A stretch of 64,000 bases of DNA, taken from contig JAXDQS010000003.1 in NCBI GenBank assembly GCA_034667725.1, positions 32,001-96,000 of the forward strand, read 5' to 3'. Shown here one piece after another: positions 40,006-49,412 of this stretch. Each line of letters starts with the position of its first letter. The first letter of the stretch is position 1. The position numbers were made by a program, and so were the translations under genes. The DNA comes from Thermoplasmata archaeon (GTDB lineage: Archaea > Thermoplasmatota > E2 > JACPAO01 > JAHFTW01). The notes under the pieces are model-generated. The model did no database searches and was not told where the DNA came from. It was given only the letters and a program-made list of their open reading frames with translations.

Positions 40006-41379
40006 CTAGGGCGCGGTCCAGGACAGCTTCCCCATCAAGGCGGGCGCGACGCCGCCGCAGTGCTGCTCGAAGCGCAGGACGACGTGCTGGAGCTTGCCGT
40101 CCGCGTCGTAGCCCGCCTCGTCCACCACCATGGCGCCCTCGAGCGTGTTGCAGCCCCGGCCGTCGCCGCCGACGTCCACGCTGCCATGGTTGCCGTAGGC
40201 GGACCGGGTCAGGCCCTCGAAGAAGCCGGGCGCCACGCGCGCGCAGGCGTCGGGGACGGTGAAGCCGGCGGTCCACCAGTGGGAGTAGCCGGTGTTGTTG
40301 AAGTGGAGCGAGACGGTGGACGGCCCGCCCGTGACCAGGAACCAGCCATCCATCGGCGTGTACGCGAACCGTTGGCTGCCGCCGATGTAGTCCCCCGGCT
40401 CGCTCTCCATCACGAAGTAGGGGCCGGACGTCGGCGTGGACTTTGGCTGCCAGGCGGGCAGCCGCGCCGGGTCGTCGCCGGCGGGGATGCTGCCGCACCG
40501 AGGCGCCAGGTCGCCCTTGGGCGAACCCATGGCGGCCGTCGGGGCCCCGAGCCCCACGCCGACCTTGTAGTGGACGCGGCACGGGACGCTGGAGACGCAT
40601 TCCATCACCAGGACATGGTCGCCGCGGGCCAGCTTGACGGACCCGGACGGGCGGATGCCGCTGGCGACGGCCTTCCCGGTGCCAGGCTCAGGTTGAGGGT
40701 CGTTGGCGTCGGCGGTCGCGTAGAACCCCGCCTCGATGGTGCCGGCGGAGGCCTCGGCCTGGTAGTCCACCGTGAGGGGCGCCCCGCGCACCTCGAAGCC
40801 CTGGAGGTACACCTCGCCGGCGGGGATGGCCACGGTGTCCTCCGCGATGACGTCGCCGGCATCGATCCGCGCGAGGATGGCGACGATCGCGGCCAGCAGG
40901 ATGATGGTGCCCGCGACGGCCCAGGCGCTGCCGACGGCGACGCCGGCGGTCCCGAGGCCCTTCTCGCGCGGGAAGGGGGCGCCGTGGCGGGCGTTGCGGC
41001 GGGCGCGCACGCCAAGCACGATGCCAGTGCCGGCCAAGGCGAGGCTGGCCACGAGGCCCAGGATGGAGAACACGGGGCTGACGGTGATGCCGAGCGCGAA
41101 GCCGAGCAGGAAGGCCGCCACGGCGCCGACGGCGACCATGAGGGCGGCCGGGCCGCGCGGATTGGCCGGCTGGACCGGGCGTCCCGTGTTGTTGCAGGCG
41201 GGGCACACCAGGCCGCCCTGCGCGCCGCGCGTGGGCACGACCTGCTGGCGGCAGCGCGGGCACGCCTGCGTCGGGCGGGACGGCTGGCCGGTGTTCTGGC
41301 ACCGCGGGCAGACCATGAGGCCCGCCGCGTCCCGGACGGGCGCGACTTGCCCGTGGCAGAACGGGCATTCGACAAGCAT
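40006..41379 (-). CDS. Membrane protein with tandem N-terminal Zn-ribbons, DUF4190-like TM part and extracellular domains
   Basis: Two CPxC-x15-CPxCxNTG units; about 3 TM helices; C-terminal GDYIG...GRGCN...FEQHC domain. Confidence 0.75.
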   Translation of the reverse strand: MLVECPFCHGQVAPVRDAAGLMVCPRCQNTGQPSRPTQACPRCRQQVVPTRGAQGGLVCPACNNTGRPVQPANPRGPAALMVAVGAVAAFLLGFALGITVSPVFSILGLVASLALAGTGIVLGVRARRNARHGAPFPREKGLGTAGVAVGSAWAVAGTIILLAAIVAILARIDAGDVIAEDTVAIPAGEVYLQGFEVRGAPLTVDYQAEASAGTIEAGFYATADANDPQPEPGTGKAVASGIRPSGSVKLARGDHVLVMECVSSVPCRVHYKVGVGLGAPTAAMGSPKGDLAPRCGSIPAGDDPARLPAWQPKSTPTSGPYFVMESEPGDYIGGSQRFAYTPMDGWFLVTGGPSTVSLHFNNTGYSHWWTAGFTVPDACARVAPGFFEGLTRSAYGNHGSVDVGGDGRGCNTLEGAMVVDEAGYDADGKLQHVVLRFEQHCGGVAPALMGKLSWTAP

Positions 41380-41513
41380 GGTCCGCGCCCACTTGGAGCG
41401 GGGATAAGGAGGTTCTCAGCGGGCTGCCGCCGGCGGGTCAACGGCGTGCCTGAACGAATGCACGAAACGCTTATTGTGCGACGTTTTTTGGAAAACCGCA
41501 TGGGGGCGGCGCG

Positions 41514-42113
41514 ATGACCGTGATCGTGGGCCTGCTTGCCGTGCTGCTCGTCGCGGCCTACATCGCCGGCATCGCCTTGATCGTTCGGTCCGTCCAGGCC
41601 ACGGGACGGCGCCAACGCGAGGCCGCCGCCCGCCAGCCTCGGGTCCCTCCTCCAAGGCCGTGGCTGGCCATGCAGGAGGCGGACGAACGGCACGCCCGCC
41701 GCTGGGGCGACCAGGGGCCCAGCGGCCTCACCCGCGCGCAATGGGAGGAAGGCCGGGCCTTGGCCACGCGGCGCGGCGAGCTGGTGCGCTCGTGGCCGGA
41801 GGTGCGCATCGCGGACTGGCTGCACGCGCATGGGCTGGACTATGCGTACGAGCCTGCGGTGTGCGGCGGCCTGCGCCCCGACTTCCTCTTGCCCGTGCCC
41901 GGCGTCATCGTCGAGTATTGGGGGATGGGGGGCGCCGAATACGATGCAAGGCGCCGGCAGAAAACGGCGACCTACCTCAGGGCCGGCTACCAGTTGGTGA
42001 GCCTGGAGCCCGGCAAGCCGGTCTCGCTGGAGGAGGACCTCCGGCGGCAGCTTTGGCACAAGGGCGTCCGGCCCGTGCCCGCGGGCGCCCGGACGGTCCA
42101 GGCCGCGGCTTAG
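41514..42113 (+). CDS. TM-anchored PD-(D/E)XK-like nuclease-domain protein
   Basis: N-terminal TM; GELVRSWPEVRIADWL...YAYEP...PDF...VEYWG. Confidence 0.65.
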   Translation: MTVIVGLLAVLLVAAYIAGIALIVRSVQATGRRQREAAARQPRVPPPRPWLAMQEADERHARRWGDQGPSGLTRAQWEEGRALATRRGELVRSWPEVRIADWLHAHGLDYAYEPAVCGGLRPDFLLPVPGVIVEYWGMGGAEYDARRRQKTATYLRAGYQLVSLEPGKPVSLEEDLRRQLWHKGVRPVPAGARTVQAAA

Positions 42114-43258
42114 GCCTGGGCGCGGACGACCTTGTACCCCGCCGGGTTGCGCGCCATCTCGGCCGCCTTCTGCGCGGCCTCCTGGAGGGTGTTCGCGGTC
42201 TCGAGGCCGAAGGAGTGCAAGATCTCGTTGGCCTCCTTCGCGTTGGTGCCCTTGATGCGGGTGATGATGGGGAACTCGACGCCTTCCTTCTGCAGCACGG
42301 AGACGAGGCCGCGGGCAACGGTGTCGCACTTGGTGATGCCGCCGAACAGGTTGAGGAACATGACCTTGGGCCGGGCCTTCTTCATGAGGCGGACGGCCTC
42401 CGCGACCTTCTCGGGGTTGTCGGTGCCGCTGAGGTCCAGGAACACGCCGGCCTTGCCGCCGAAGTTGGTGAGCGCGTCGAGGGTGGCCATGGTGAGCCCG
42501 GCGCCGTTGGCCATGACGCCGATGTCGCCGTCGAGCTGCACGAGGGCGACCCCCTTGTTGCGGGCGTCCTGCTCCAGCTCGGTCATGGTCTCGTCGCGCT
42601 GCTGGAACTCCTTGTGGCGGAACAAGGCGGAGTCGTTGAGGACGACCTTGGCGTCGCCGGCCACCACGCGGCCGTCGGCGAGCTTCGCCAGCGGGTTGAC
42701 CTCGACCAGCTCGGCGTCCATCTGGACGAAGACGCGGTAGAGCTTCTCCATCATCGCCGCGACCTGCTTCTGGGTGTCCGCGTCGAGGCCGCTGGGCAGC
42801 AGGACGGCGCGGGCGTGGAACGGCTGGAAGCCGGTGAGGGGGTCGATGGCGACCTTGTGGATGCGCTCCTCGGCGACGGACTCGATCTCGACGCCGCCGT
42901 CGGCGCTGAAGATCATGAGGTAGCGGCGGGTGGCGCGGTCCACCAAAAACGAGAGGTAGTATTCTGACTGGAAGTCGAGCTTCTGCGCCACCATGACCTT
43001 CTTGGTGACGTGGCCTTTGATGTCGAGGCCGAGGATCGACTTGGTGACCTGCCGCAGCTCGGCGTCGTTGTCCGCGAACTTGACGCCGCCCGCCTTGCCG
43101 CGGCCGCCCACGAGGACCTGGGCCTTGACGACGACGGGGTAGTGCGCCTGGCCGAGCTTCTGCTCGAGCTCCTCCATCGATTCGACGACGAAGCCCTTCG
43201 CGCACGGGACGCCGAAGCGCTCGTACAGTTCCCGACCCTGATGTTCGTACAGGTTCAA
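42110..43258 (-). CDS. sucC: Succinyl-CoA synthetase beta subunit
   Basis: [45 protein letters not shown]; TTG start inferred. Confidence 0.95.
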   Translation of the reverse strand: MNLYEHQGRELYERFGVPCAKGFVVESMEELEQKLGQAHYPVVVKAQVLVGGRGKAGGVKFADNDAELRQVTKSILGLDIKGHVTKKVMVAQKLDFQSEYYLSFLVDRATRRYLMIFSADGGVEIESVAEERIHKVAIDPLTGFQPFHARAVLLPSGLDADTQKQVAAMMEKLYRVFVQMDAELVEVNPLAKLADGRVVAGDAKVVLNDSALFRHKEFQQRDETMTELEQDARNKGVALVQLDGDIGVMANGAGLTMATLDALTNFGGKAGVFLDLSGTDNPEKVAEAVRLMKKARPKVMFLNLFGGITKCDTVARGLVSVLQKEGVEFPIITRIKGTNAKEANEILHSFGLETANTLQEAAQKAAEMARNPAGYKVVRAQA

Positions 43259-43343
43259 CCCGGCACCCTCGGGCGCGGCGACTTGGAACGGTGATAAGAG
43301 GGTTGGGGGACGAGCCTCATATCCCCATGCCGCTGGCCGTCGC

Positions 43344-44336
43344 GTGCGCGCCCTCCTGGCCATCCTGCTTCTGCTGGCGCTGCCTGCCGCCGAGGGCCAC
43401 AACACCTACCAGGCGCAGGAGCTGGAGGTCCACGTCCTCAACGACGAGGGCTCGGACGCCATCGAGGCCTACGGCGGCTACGACATCACGGAGGTGTTCG
43501 TCGGCGGCGCCTACGTCCAAGGCATCGGCGACGCGCTCTACTTCCGCATCGAGGCGTACGGCCGGATGGAGGACACTAACGGTGCCATGCCGTGGTCGCT
43601 CAAGGTCCGGTTCCGAGGCGCCGGCGAGCCGGTCGAGCGCACCCTCACGACGGCGGACGGGGCCACGTTCGAGAGCGACTTCGACGCCCTCCAGTTCGAG
43701 GTCGAGGACCGCGACCTGCACGTCCAGCGCGCCGTGGTCGCCCTCGCCTCGGTCTTCCTCCAGCCCGGCGACCCCATCAAGGACCTGGTCGTCGAGTCGT
43801 ATTTCGGCGACGACCTGCGGGACGTGGCGCCGGGCGGCATCCCGGTCCCCGGCACCGGCGGCGCGCTCGAGTACCCGGACCCGACGCAGATCGACGGCCA
43901 AGGGCGCCTCGTGGAAGCCCCGCCGGCCCCGAGCCCCGAGGCCTACTTCGGCGAGGTGCGCGCCACCTTGGCCGGCGCCAACTACACGCTCGAGGTGGAC
44001 AACGCCCTCACGGCCGGCGGCCAGCATTTCTTCCTGCGCGACTGCCTGTGCGAGGCTCCCGGCTGGGAGTTCGCCATCACCAAGGGCGCCCAGGAGGTCG
44101 CCGCCAACGGCACCGCCACCTTCACGTTCCACGCCCAGGCCGGCCCCGAGGCGGCCGCGCGAGAACTGGAGTTGATCAGCGACGTCGGCGGCCGCCTGCC
44201 CATGACCCTTGACCCCGACGGCACGCTGCGGGTCCGCGACCAGTCGTTTGCGCCGCCGCCGGCCGTCCCCGCCCCGCTGCCGCTCGCCGTCGTCGCGCTC
44301 GGCCTGGCCGGCGCGCTCGCGACCCGCCGGCGGTGA
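43344..44336 (+). CDS. Hypothetical secreted protein with C-terminal TM-RRR anchor
   Basis: Signal peptide; acidic beta-rich body; tail VPAPLPLAVVALGLAGALATRRR. Confidence 0.75.
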   Translation: MRALLAILLLLALPAAEGHNTYQAQELEVHVLNDEGSDAIEAYGGYDITEVFVGGAYVQGIGDALYFRIEAYGRMEDTNGAMPWSLKVRFRGAGEPVERTLTTADGATFESDFDALQFEVEDRDLHVQRAVVALASVFLQPGDPIKDLVVESYFGDDLRDVAPGGIPVPGTGGALEYPDPTQIDGQGRLVEAPPAPSPEAYFGEVRATLAGANYTLEVDNALTAGGQHFFLRDCLCEAPGWEFAITKGAQEVAANGTATFTFHAQAGPEAAARELELISDVGGRLPMTLDPDGTLRVRDQSFAPPPAVPAPLPLAVVALGLAGALATRRR

Positions 44337-44340
44337 CGCG

Positions 44341-44622
44341 ATGCGCCGCCGCCTCCGCTTGCAGTTGGGCCGCGGCGCCCGCACGGCCTGCGGCGTGCTG
44401 CAGGTCGTCCCGCTGCCCGGCGCCGGCGCCATCTACGCCGGCTGGCGCAACCCGCATACCCGCCTGCTGCGCAACGGCATGGTGCAGGCGCTCCTGGTCG
44501 TGACCGGCAGCTGGCCGCTCATCGTCCCCGGCGCCGTCGGCCTCGGCTGGGCGGTCTGGGACGCGGCCCGCATCCTGCAAGCCGACCTTGCCCCGCTGCC
44601 GCCCAAGGAGCCGGCCGCGTGA
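44341..44622 (+). CDS. Small membrane protein
   Basis: Fills the gap between flanking genes with a GTGA overlap; hydrophobic LPGAGAIYAG...GWAVWD. Confidence 0.6.
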   Translation: MRRRLRLQLGRGARTACGVLQVVPLPGAGAIYAGWRNPHTRLLRNGMVQALLVVTGSWPLIVPGAVGLGWAVWDAARILQADLAPLPPKEPAA

Positions 44623-45446
44623 GCCCGCCGCGCAAGCCGGTGGTGCTGATCACGGGCACCTCGTCCGGCATCGGCCGCGAGGCGGTCGGCCACCTGCGCG
44701 CCGCCGGCTGCCTGGTCCTTGCCACTGCCCGCGACCCGGCCACCATCGCCGGCCTGGTGGCGCCCGGCGAGGTCGAGTGCCTCCAGCTCGACGTAGCGGA
44801 CGACGCCAGCCGCCGCGCCTGCGTGGCGGAGGCGCTGCGCCGCCACGGCCGCATCGACGCCTTGGTCAACAACGCGGGCTACGGCGCGATGCTCGCGGTC
44901 GAGGACACCGACCTGGTCGCGATGCGCACGATGTACGACACCAACGTGTTCGGCCCCCACGAGATGGCCCGCCTGGTGTTGCCGCAGATGCGCCGGCACG
45001 GCTCCGGCCGCATCGTCAACGTCGCGAGCATCGCCGGCCACGTCCCGGTCCCGCTCTTGGGCGCCTATTGCAGCACCAAGTTCGCGTTGCGGGCCTTGAC
45101 GCAGGCCTTGGACTCCGAGGTGCGCGAGTTCGGAATCCGCGCTGTGCTGGTCGAGCCCGGCGTCATCCAGACCAACTTCGGCACGCACAGCCTCACGCAG
45201 ACGCGGGCCAACGTCGAGATGGAGTCGAGCGTCTACGTCCGGCTCTACCGCAAGTGGGGGGCTCGCCGCGAGCGCCGCCACGGCGCCCATCCCCGCGTCG
45301 TCGCCAAGCGCATCGTGCACGCCTGCACCGCCCGCCGGCCACGCAACCACTACTTCGCGCCGATGGACGCCAAGGCCACCAACCTCCTCAAGCGCCTCCT
45401 GCCGGACGCATGGATTCTGTGGGGGATGCGGCGCTACTTCAGGTAG
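44619..45446 (+). CDS. Short-chain dehydrogenase/reductase
   Basis: TGTSSGIG, NNAG, YCSTK, VEPG. Confidence 0.93.
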   Translation: MSPPRKPVVLITGTSSGIGREAVGHLRAAGCLVLATARDPATIAGLVAPGEVECLQLDVADDASRRACVAEALRRHGRIDALVNNAGYGAMLAVEDTDLVAMRTMYDTNVFGPHEMARLVLPQMRRHGSGRIVNVASIAGHVPVPLLGAYCSTKFALRALTQALDSEVREFGIRAVLVEPGVIQTNFGTHSLTQTRANVEMESSVYVRLYRKWGARRERRHGAHPRVVAKRIVHACTARRPRNHYFAPMDAKATNLLKRLLPDAWILWGMRRYFR

Positions 45447-46431
45447 CCTCGTAGTGGATTTCCGGCTGGCGCTCAAAGAACGCAAGGTGGACCTCCAGCC
45501 GGTAGTCGATGGGCGTACTCTCGTTGCTGAAGACGTCGGCCTCGTCCCATCCCACGTTGCTGCCGGCGCCGGCGCATGACGACCCTTCCGATGTGTGGAG
45601 GCAGGGCGTCCCGGGCGTCGAGCCTGTGTTGCGCAGGTGCCACCACCCTTGGCGCGGCAGCGACAGCGGCGCGGGGAGGTGGTGGACCGGGCCGTGGCCG
45701 TCGAGCGGCACGCTGCCGTTGAACACGAAGTGCTGCTCGGCCGGCGGCCGGTCTGGGTCGACGTAGACGTAGGCGTGCGCCGACACGCTGGCGCCCTTCG
45801 AGTCGGTGGCCGTCGCCGTCACCAGGTAGGTCCCCGCCTCCGGGAACCGGAGCGCGACGGTCGCGCTGCCCGCAAGCTTGGCCCCGCACTCCTGCGGCTC
45901 GGTGTAGCTGCGGAGGCCGGGCGCCACGACGGCGTGCGCCGGGTCGTGCTGGATGAAGTAGCTCCGATCGGCGTGCTGGGGCCGCAGCGGCCCACGGCGC
46001 TCGCAGGTCCACCGGATGTCGAGCGGGTCGTGGTCGGCGTCCGCCAGGCGGAGCCACGCGTCCCAGCGCTCCGCCTGCGGCAGCACCCAGTTGAGGGTCA
46101 TCACCATGTCCGCGCGCGGCGGCGTGTTGACCCCGGTGCCGAGCACGACCTCGCGTTGCGCCGTCGCGGCCGCGTCGCCGCGGGCCACGTCGAGCCGCAC
46201 CGTCACGACGCCGTTGGTGGACGCGATCGGCAGCGACCGCTCGCGCCCCTCGTATTGGGTGCCGTCCACCGTCCAGACATACTGGTCCCAGCCGGCGGGG
46301 CCCACCAAGTGCAGCCGGCTCCCTCCGTGCGCGACCTCCGCGAGGAAATCGAGCGGCGGCTCCTCCGTGGCCGGCGGCCCGCTGCATCCCGTCAACAGGA
46401 ACGCGGCGACCCATGTTGCCCAACCACGCAC
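45439..46431 (-). CDS. Hypothetical lipoprotein with PKD-like segments
   Basis: Lipobox LTGC; DADHDPL..W and GTYLVTATATDSKG PKD-like motifs. Confidence 0.65.
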   Translation of the reverse strand: MRGWATWVAAFLLTGCSGPPATEEPPLDFLAEVAHGGSRLHLVGPAGWDQYVWTVDGTQYEGRERSLPIASTNGVVTVRLDVARGDAAATAQREVVLGTGVNTPPRADMVMTLNWVLPQAERWDAWLRLADADHDPLDIRWTCERRGPLRPQHADRSYFIQHDPAHAVVAPGLRSYTEPQECGAKLAGSATVALRFPEAGTYLVTATATDSKGASVSAHAYVYVDPDRPPAEQHFVFNGSVPLDGHGPVHHLPAPLSLPRQGWWHLRNTGSTPGTPCLHTSEGSSCAGAGSNVGWDEADVFSNESTPIDYRLEVHLAFFERQPEIHYEAT

Positions 46432-46529
46432 ACCTTGGGTCCGGTCGCCAGCCCCTTGAGGCTTTGCGTCAAGTCCACGAAGCCGACGCCATCGAAACGC
46501 TCAACCCGCCCTCCCCGGGTTGCCCGTCC

Positions 46530-47876
46530 GTGTATGCCATCGTGGGCGGCGCCGGCGAGGTCGGCACCAACGTCGCCAAGGCCCTGCGCGACGAAGGCCA
46601 CGACGTGTGCGTCGTCGACCAGTCCGCGGAGCGGCTGGAACGGTTGCAGGACCTCGACGTGCTGACCGTCCAAGGCAACCTGGCGTCGAAGTCGGTGCTG
46701 GAGGGCGAGGTCCGGGTCGCCGAAGCGCAGCTGTTCGTGGCCTGCACGGGCGACGACGAGGTCAACATGGTGGCCGCGGCACTTGCGAAGACCTACGGCT
46801 GCCGCACCGTGGCCCGCCTCAACAACACCGAATACCTCAACGTCCCCGAGTCCGACGAGTACGCCAAGATGGGCATCGACGTCGCCGTCTGCCCGGAGAT
46901 GGTGGCCGCCATCCGCATCAAGCGCATGCTCAACCGGCCCCGCCTCATGGACGGCGACGTCTTCGCGCAGGGCAAGGTGTTCATCGCCGAGGGCCGGGTC
47001 GCCGAGGACGCCTTCGTGGTCGGCAAGCGCCTCGACGAGGTCGAGCCCCCGCCCGGCTTCCACCTGTTCGCGATCTACCGCGGCGACGACGTGCTGCTGC
47101 CGCGTGCCCACCTGCGCCTCATGGCCCAGGACCGCATCATGATGGCCCTCACCGGCCCCGAGGTCTTGGCGGACGTCGAGACCTACATCGGCAAGGCCCG
47201 CCGCGCCCGCCAGGAGCGCGACGTCAAGCGCGTCATGATCGCCGGCGCCACCCGCATCGGCATCCAGCTCGCCCGCCTGCTCGAGCAGTCCCGCCGCGAA
47301 GTGGTGCTCCTGGAGAAGGACGCGCAGAAGGCGGCCGAGGCCGGCGAGAAGCTCCAGAAGACCCTCGTCGTCCACGGCGACGTCACCGACCGCCGCGTCC
47401 TCATCCAGGAGAACGTCGACACCTTCGACGCCTTCGTCGGGGCCACCAAGGTCGAGGAGTACAACGTGCTGGCCGCCCTCATGGCCAAGCAGCTCGGCGT
47501 CGGCCTCACGGTCGCCCTCATCCACCAGCCGGAACTGAAAGGGTTCCTCGAAGGCCTCGACATCGACCTCGCCGTCGCCCCCCGCCTGGCCACCGTCGGC
47601 GCCATCCTCAAGCAGGTCCACGGCGGCGCCGACGAGGTCGCCCTCCAGAACGTTGGCGGCGAGCGCCTCATGGTGTTCAAGGTCCGCGAGGGCGCGCCCG
47701 CCGTCGGCCAGAAGCTCAAGCAGATGCCGTTCCCCGACAACGCCATCGTCGCGGCCGTGGTACGCGGCGAGCAGGTCATCCTGCCGCGCGGCGAGGACGC
47801 CATCGAGGCCGACGACACCGTGGTCGCCTTCTGCCTGCACGAGTCGAGCGAGGCCTTGGAGCGTCTGTTCACGTGA
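46530..47876 (+). CDS. trkA: Trk K+ uptake regulatory subunit
   Basis: Two RCK units (GAGEVG...DDEVN; GATRIG...EEYN); GTG start inferred. Confidence 0.93.
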   Translation: MYAIVGGAGEVGTNVAKALRDEGHDVCVVDQSAERLERLQDLDVLTVQGNLASKSVLEGEVRVAEAQLFVACTGDDEVNMVAAALAKTYGCRTVARLNNTEYLNVPESDEYAKMGIDVAVCPEMVAAIRIKRMLNRPRLMDGDVFAQGKVFIAEGRVAEDAFVVGKRLDEVEPPPGFHLFAIYRGDDVLLPRAHLRLMAQDRIMMALTGPEVLADVETYIGKARRARQERDVKRVMIAGATRIGIQLARLLEQSRREVVLLEKDAQKAAEAGEKLQKTLVVHGDVTDRRVLIQENVDTFDAFVGATKVEEYNVLAALMAKQLGVGLTVALIHQPELKGFLEGLDIDLAVAPRLATVGAILKQVHGGADEVALQNVGGERLMVFKVREGAPAVGQKLKQMPFPDNAIVAAVVRGEQVILPRGEDAIEADDTVVAFCLHESSEALERLFT

Positions 47877-49384
47877 TGCGTGGCTTGCGGGTGGTCGGCG
47901 CCCTCGGTGGCGTGCTGCGGCTGTTCTCCGCCGCGCTGCTGCTGCCCATCCCCGTGGCGCTCGCCTACGAGCCCGTCGACTCCAGCCTGTTCGGCGTCGT
48001 CGAGGTGCCCGCCATGGCCATCGTGTTCGCCACCGCCGCCGCGCTGTGCACGCTGGCCTGGCTGCCGATGCGCCTGCTGGGCCGCCGCCGCGCCCACGAG
48101 GACCTGCTGGACCGCGAGGCCTACCTCACGGTGGCGCTCGCCGGCCTCCTGGTCGCCGCGTTCGCGATGCTGCCGTTCCTGCTGTCGCGCGCCGTGCCCC
48201 GGCCCGTCGACGCGCTGTTCGAGGCGATGAGCGGCCTCACCGGCACCGGCATCACCACCATCGCGCCCAACGTCGACCTGCCCCCGAGCCTCATCTGGTA
48301 CCGCGCCTTCACCCAATGGCTCGGCGGCCTCGGCATCATCATCCTCACCGTGGCGCTCCTGTCCAAGCTGACCCACGGCGGCCTCCAGCTGCTGCGCACC
48401 GAGGCCTCGGCGCACGCTGCCACCCGCATCCAGCCCAAGATCGCCGAGGTCGCCAAAGGGCTGTGGCGCATGTACGGCCTCATCACCGTCGTCCTGGTCG
48501 CGGTCCTCACCCTCGTCCTGCACCTGCGGGTCGGCATGACGGGCCACGACGCCGCCTTCCACGGCATGGTCGCCACCTTCGCCGCCTACGGCACCGGCGC
48601 CTTCACGGACCCGGGCTTCGCCGCCGTGCTCGCCGACGGCTGGGTGCGCGCCATCCTCGCCTTCACGATGCTGCTCGGCGCCACCAACTTCACCCTCACC
48701 TTCCTCCTGCTGCGCCGCGGCCAGGCCAAGCCGATCCTGCGCAACCCGGAATGGCGCTTCTTCCTCGTCGCCCTCGGCGTCGGCGCCGCCGCCCTCGCCT
48801 TCCTGCTGTGGCGGGCCGGCACCCCGTTCGGCGTCGCCCTCGACGGCGGCGCCTTCACGGCCGTCTCGATGGGCACGGGCACCGGCATCGCGCACCCCGC
48901 CGGCCTCGCGTTCCCGCACGCCGCCACCCTCGTCGTCATCCTGCTCGTGCTGCTCGGCGGCACCGCCGGCAGCGCCTCGGGCGGCCTCAAGGCGTTCCGC
49001 GGCTTCGTCCTCATCCGCGTCGTCAACCGCGAAATCCGCCGCATCCTGCACCCGCGCGCCGTCATCCCCGTGCGCGTCGCCGGCCGCGTCATCCCCGAGA
49101 CCGGTGTCAGCGCCGTGATCGCGTTCTTCTTCACCTACCTCATCCTGTGGACCTGCGGCGCCTTCCTGGTGGCCGCGATGGAGCCGCACCTCGACCTCAC
49201 CGCCGTCTCCGGCACCGTCCTGGCGGCCCTTGGCAACGTCGGCGCCGGCTTCGGGCCGCTCTCCGACGGCGTCTGGGACCTGCACGCCGGCAGCAAGCTG
49301 GTGCTCACCGCCCTCATGTGGTTCGGGCGCATGGAGCTGTTCGCCGCCATCCTGGTGTTCACGCCGCGGTCTTGGCGCAACTGA
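47876..49384 (+). CDS. trkH: Trk K+ uptake membrane subunit
   Basis: FEAMSGLTGTG, QWLGGLG, GSASGGLK, LHPRAV, LGNVG, MWFGRME. Confidence 0.92.
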   Translation: MRGLRVVGALGGVLRLFSAALLLPIPVALAYEPVDSSLFGVVEVPAMAIVFATAAALCTLAWLPMRLLGRRRAHEDLLDREAYLTVALAGLLVAAFAMLPFLLSRAVPRPVDALFEAMSGLTGTGITTIAPNVDLPPSLIWYRAFTQWLGGLGIIILTVALLSKLTHGGLQLLRTEASAHAATRIQPKIAEVAKGLWRMYGLITVVLVAVLTLVLHLRVGMTGHDAAFHGMVATFAAYGTGAFTDPGFAAVLADGWVRAILAFTMLLGATNFTLTFLLLRRGQAKPILRNPEWRFFLVALGVGAAALAFLLWRAGTPFGVALDGGAFTAVSMGTGTGIAHPAGLAFPHAATLVVILLVLLGGTAGSASGGLKAFRGFVLIRVVNREIRRILHPRAVIPVRVAGRVIPETGVSAVIAFFFTYLILWTCGAFLVAAMEPHLDLTAVSGTVLAALGNVGAGFGPLSDGVWDLHAGSKLVLTALMWFGRMELFAAILVFTPRSWRN

Positions 49385-49412
49385 TTTCAGCCCGCACCGC
49401 ACCGCCCGCCGC

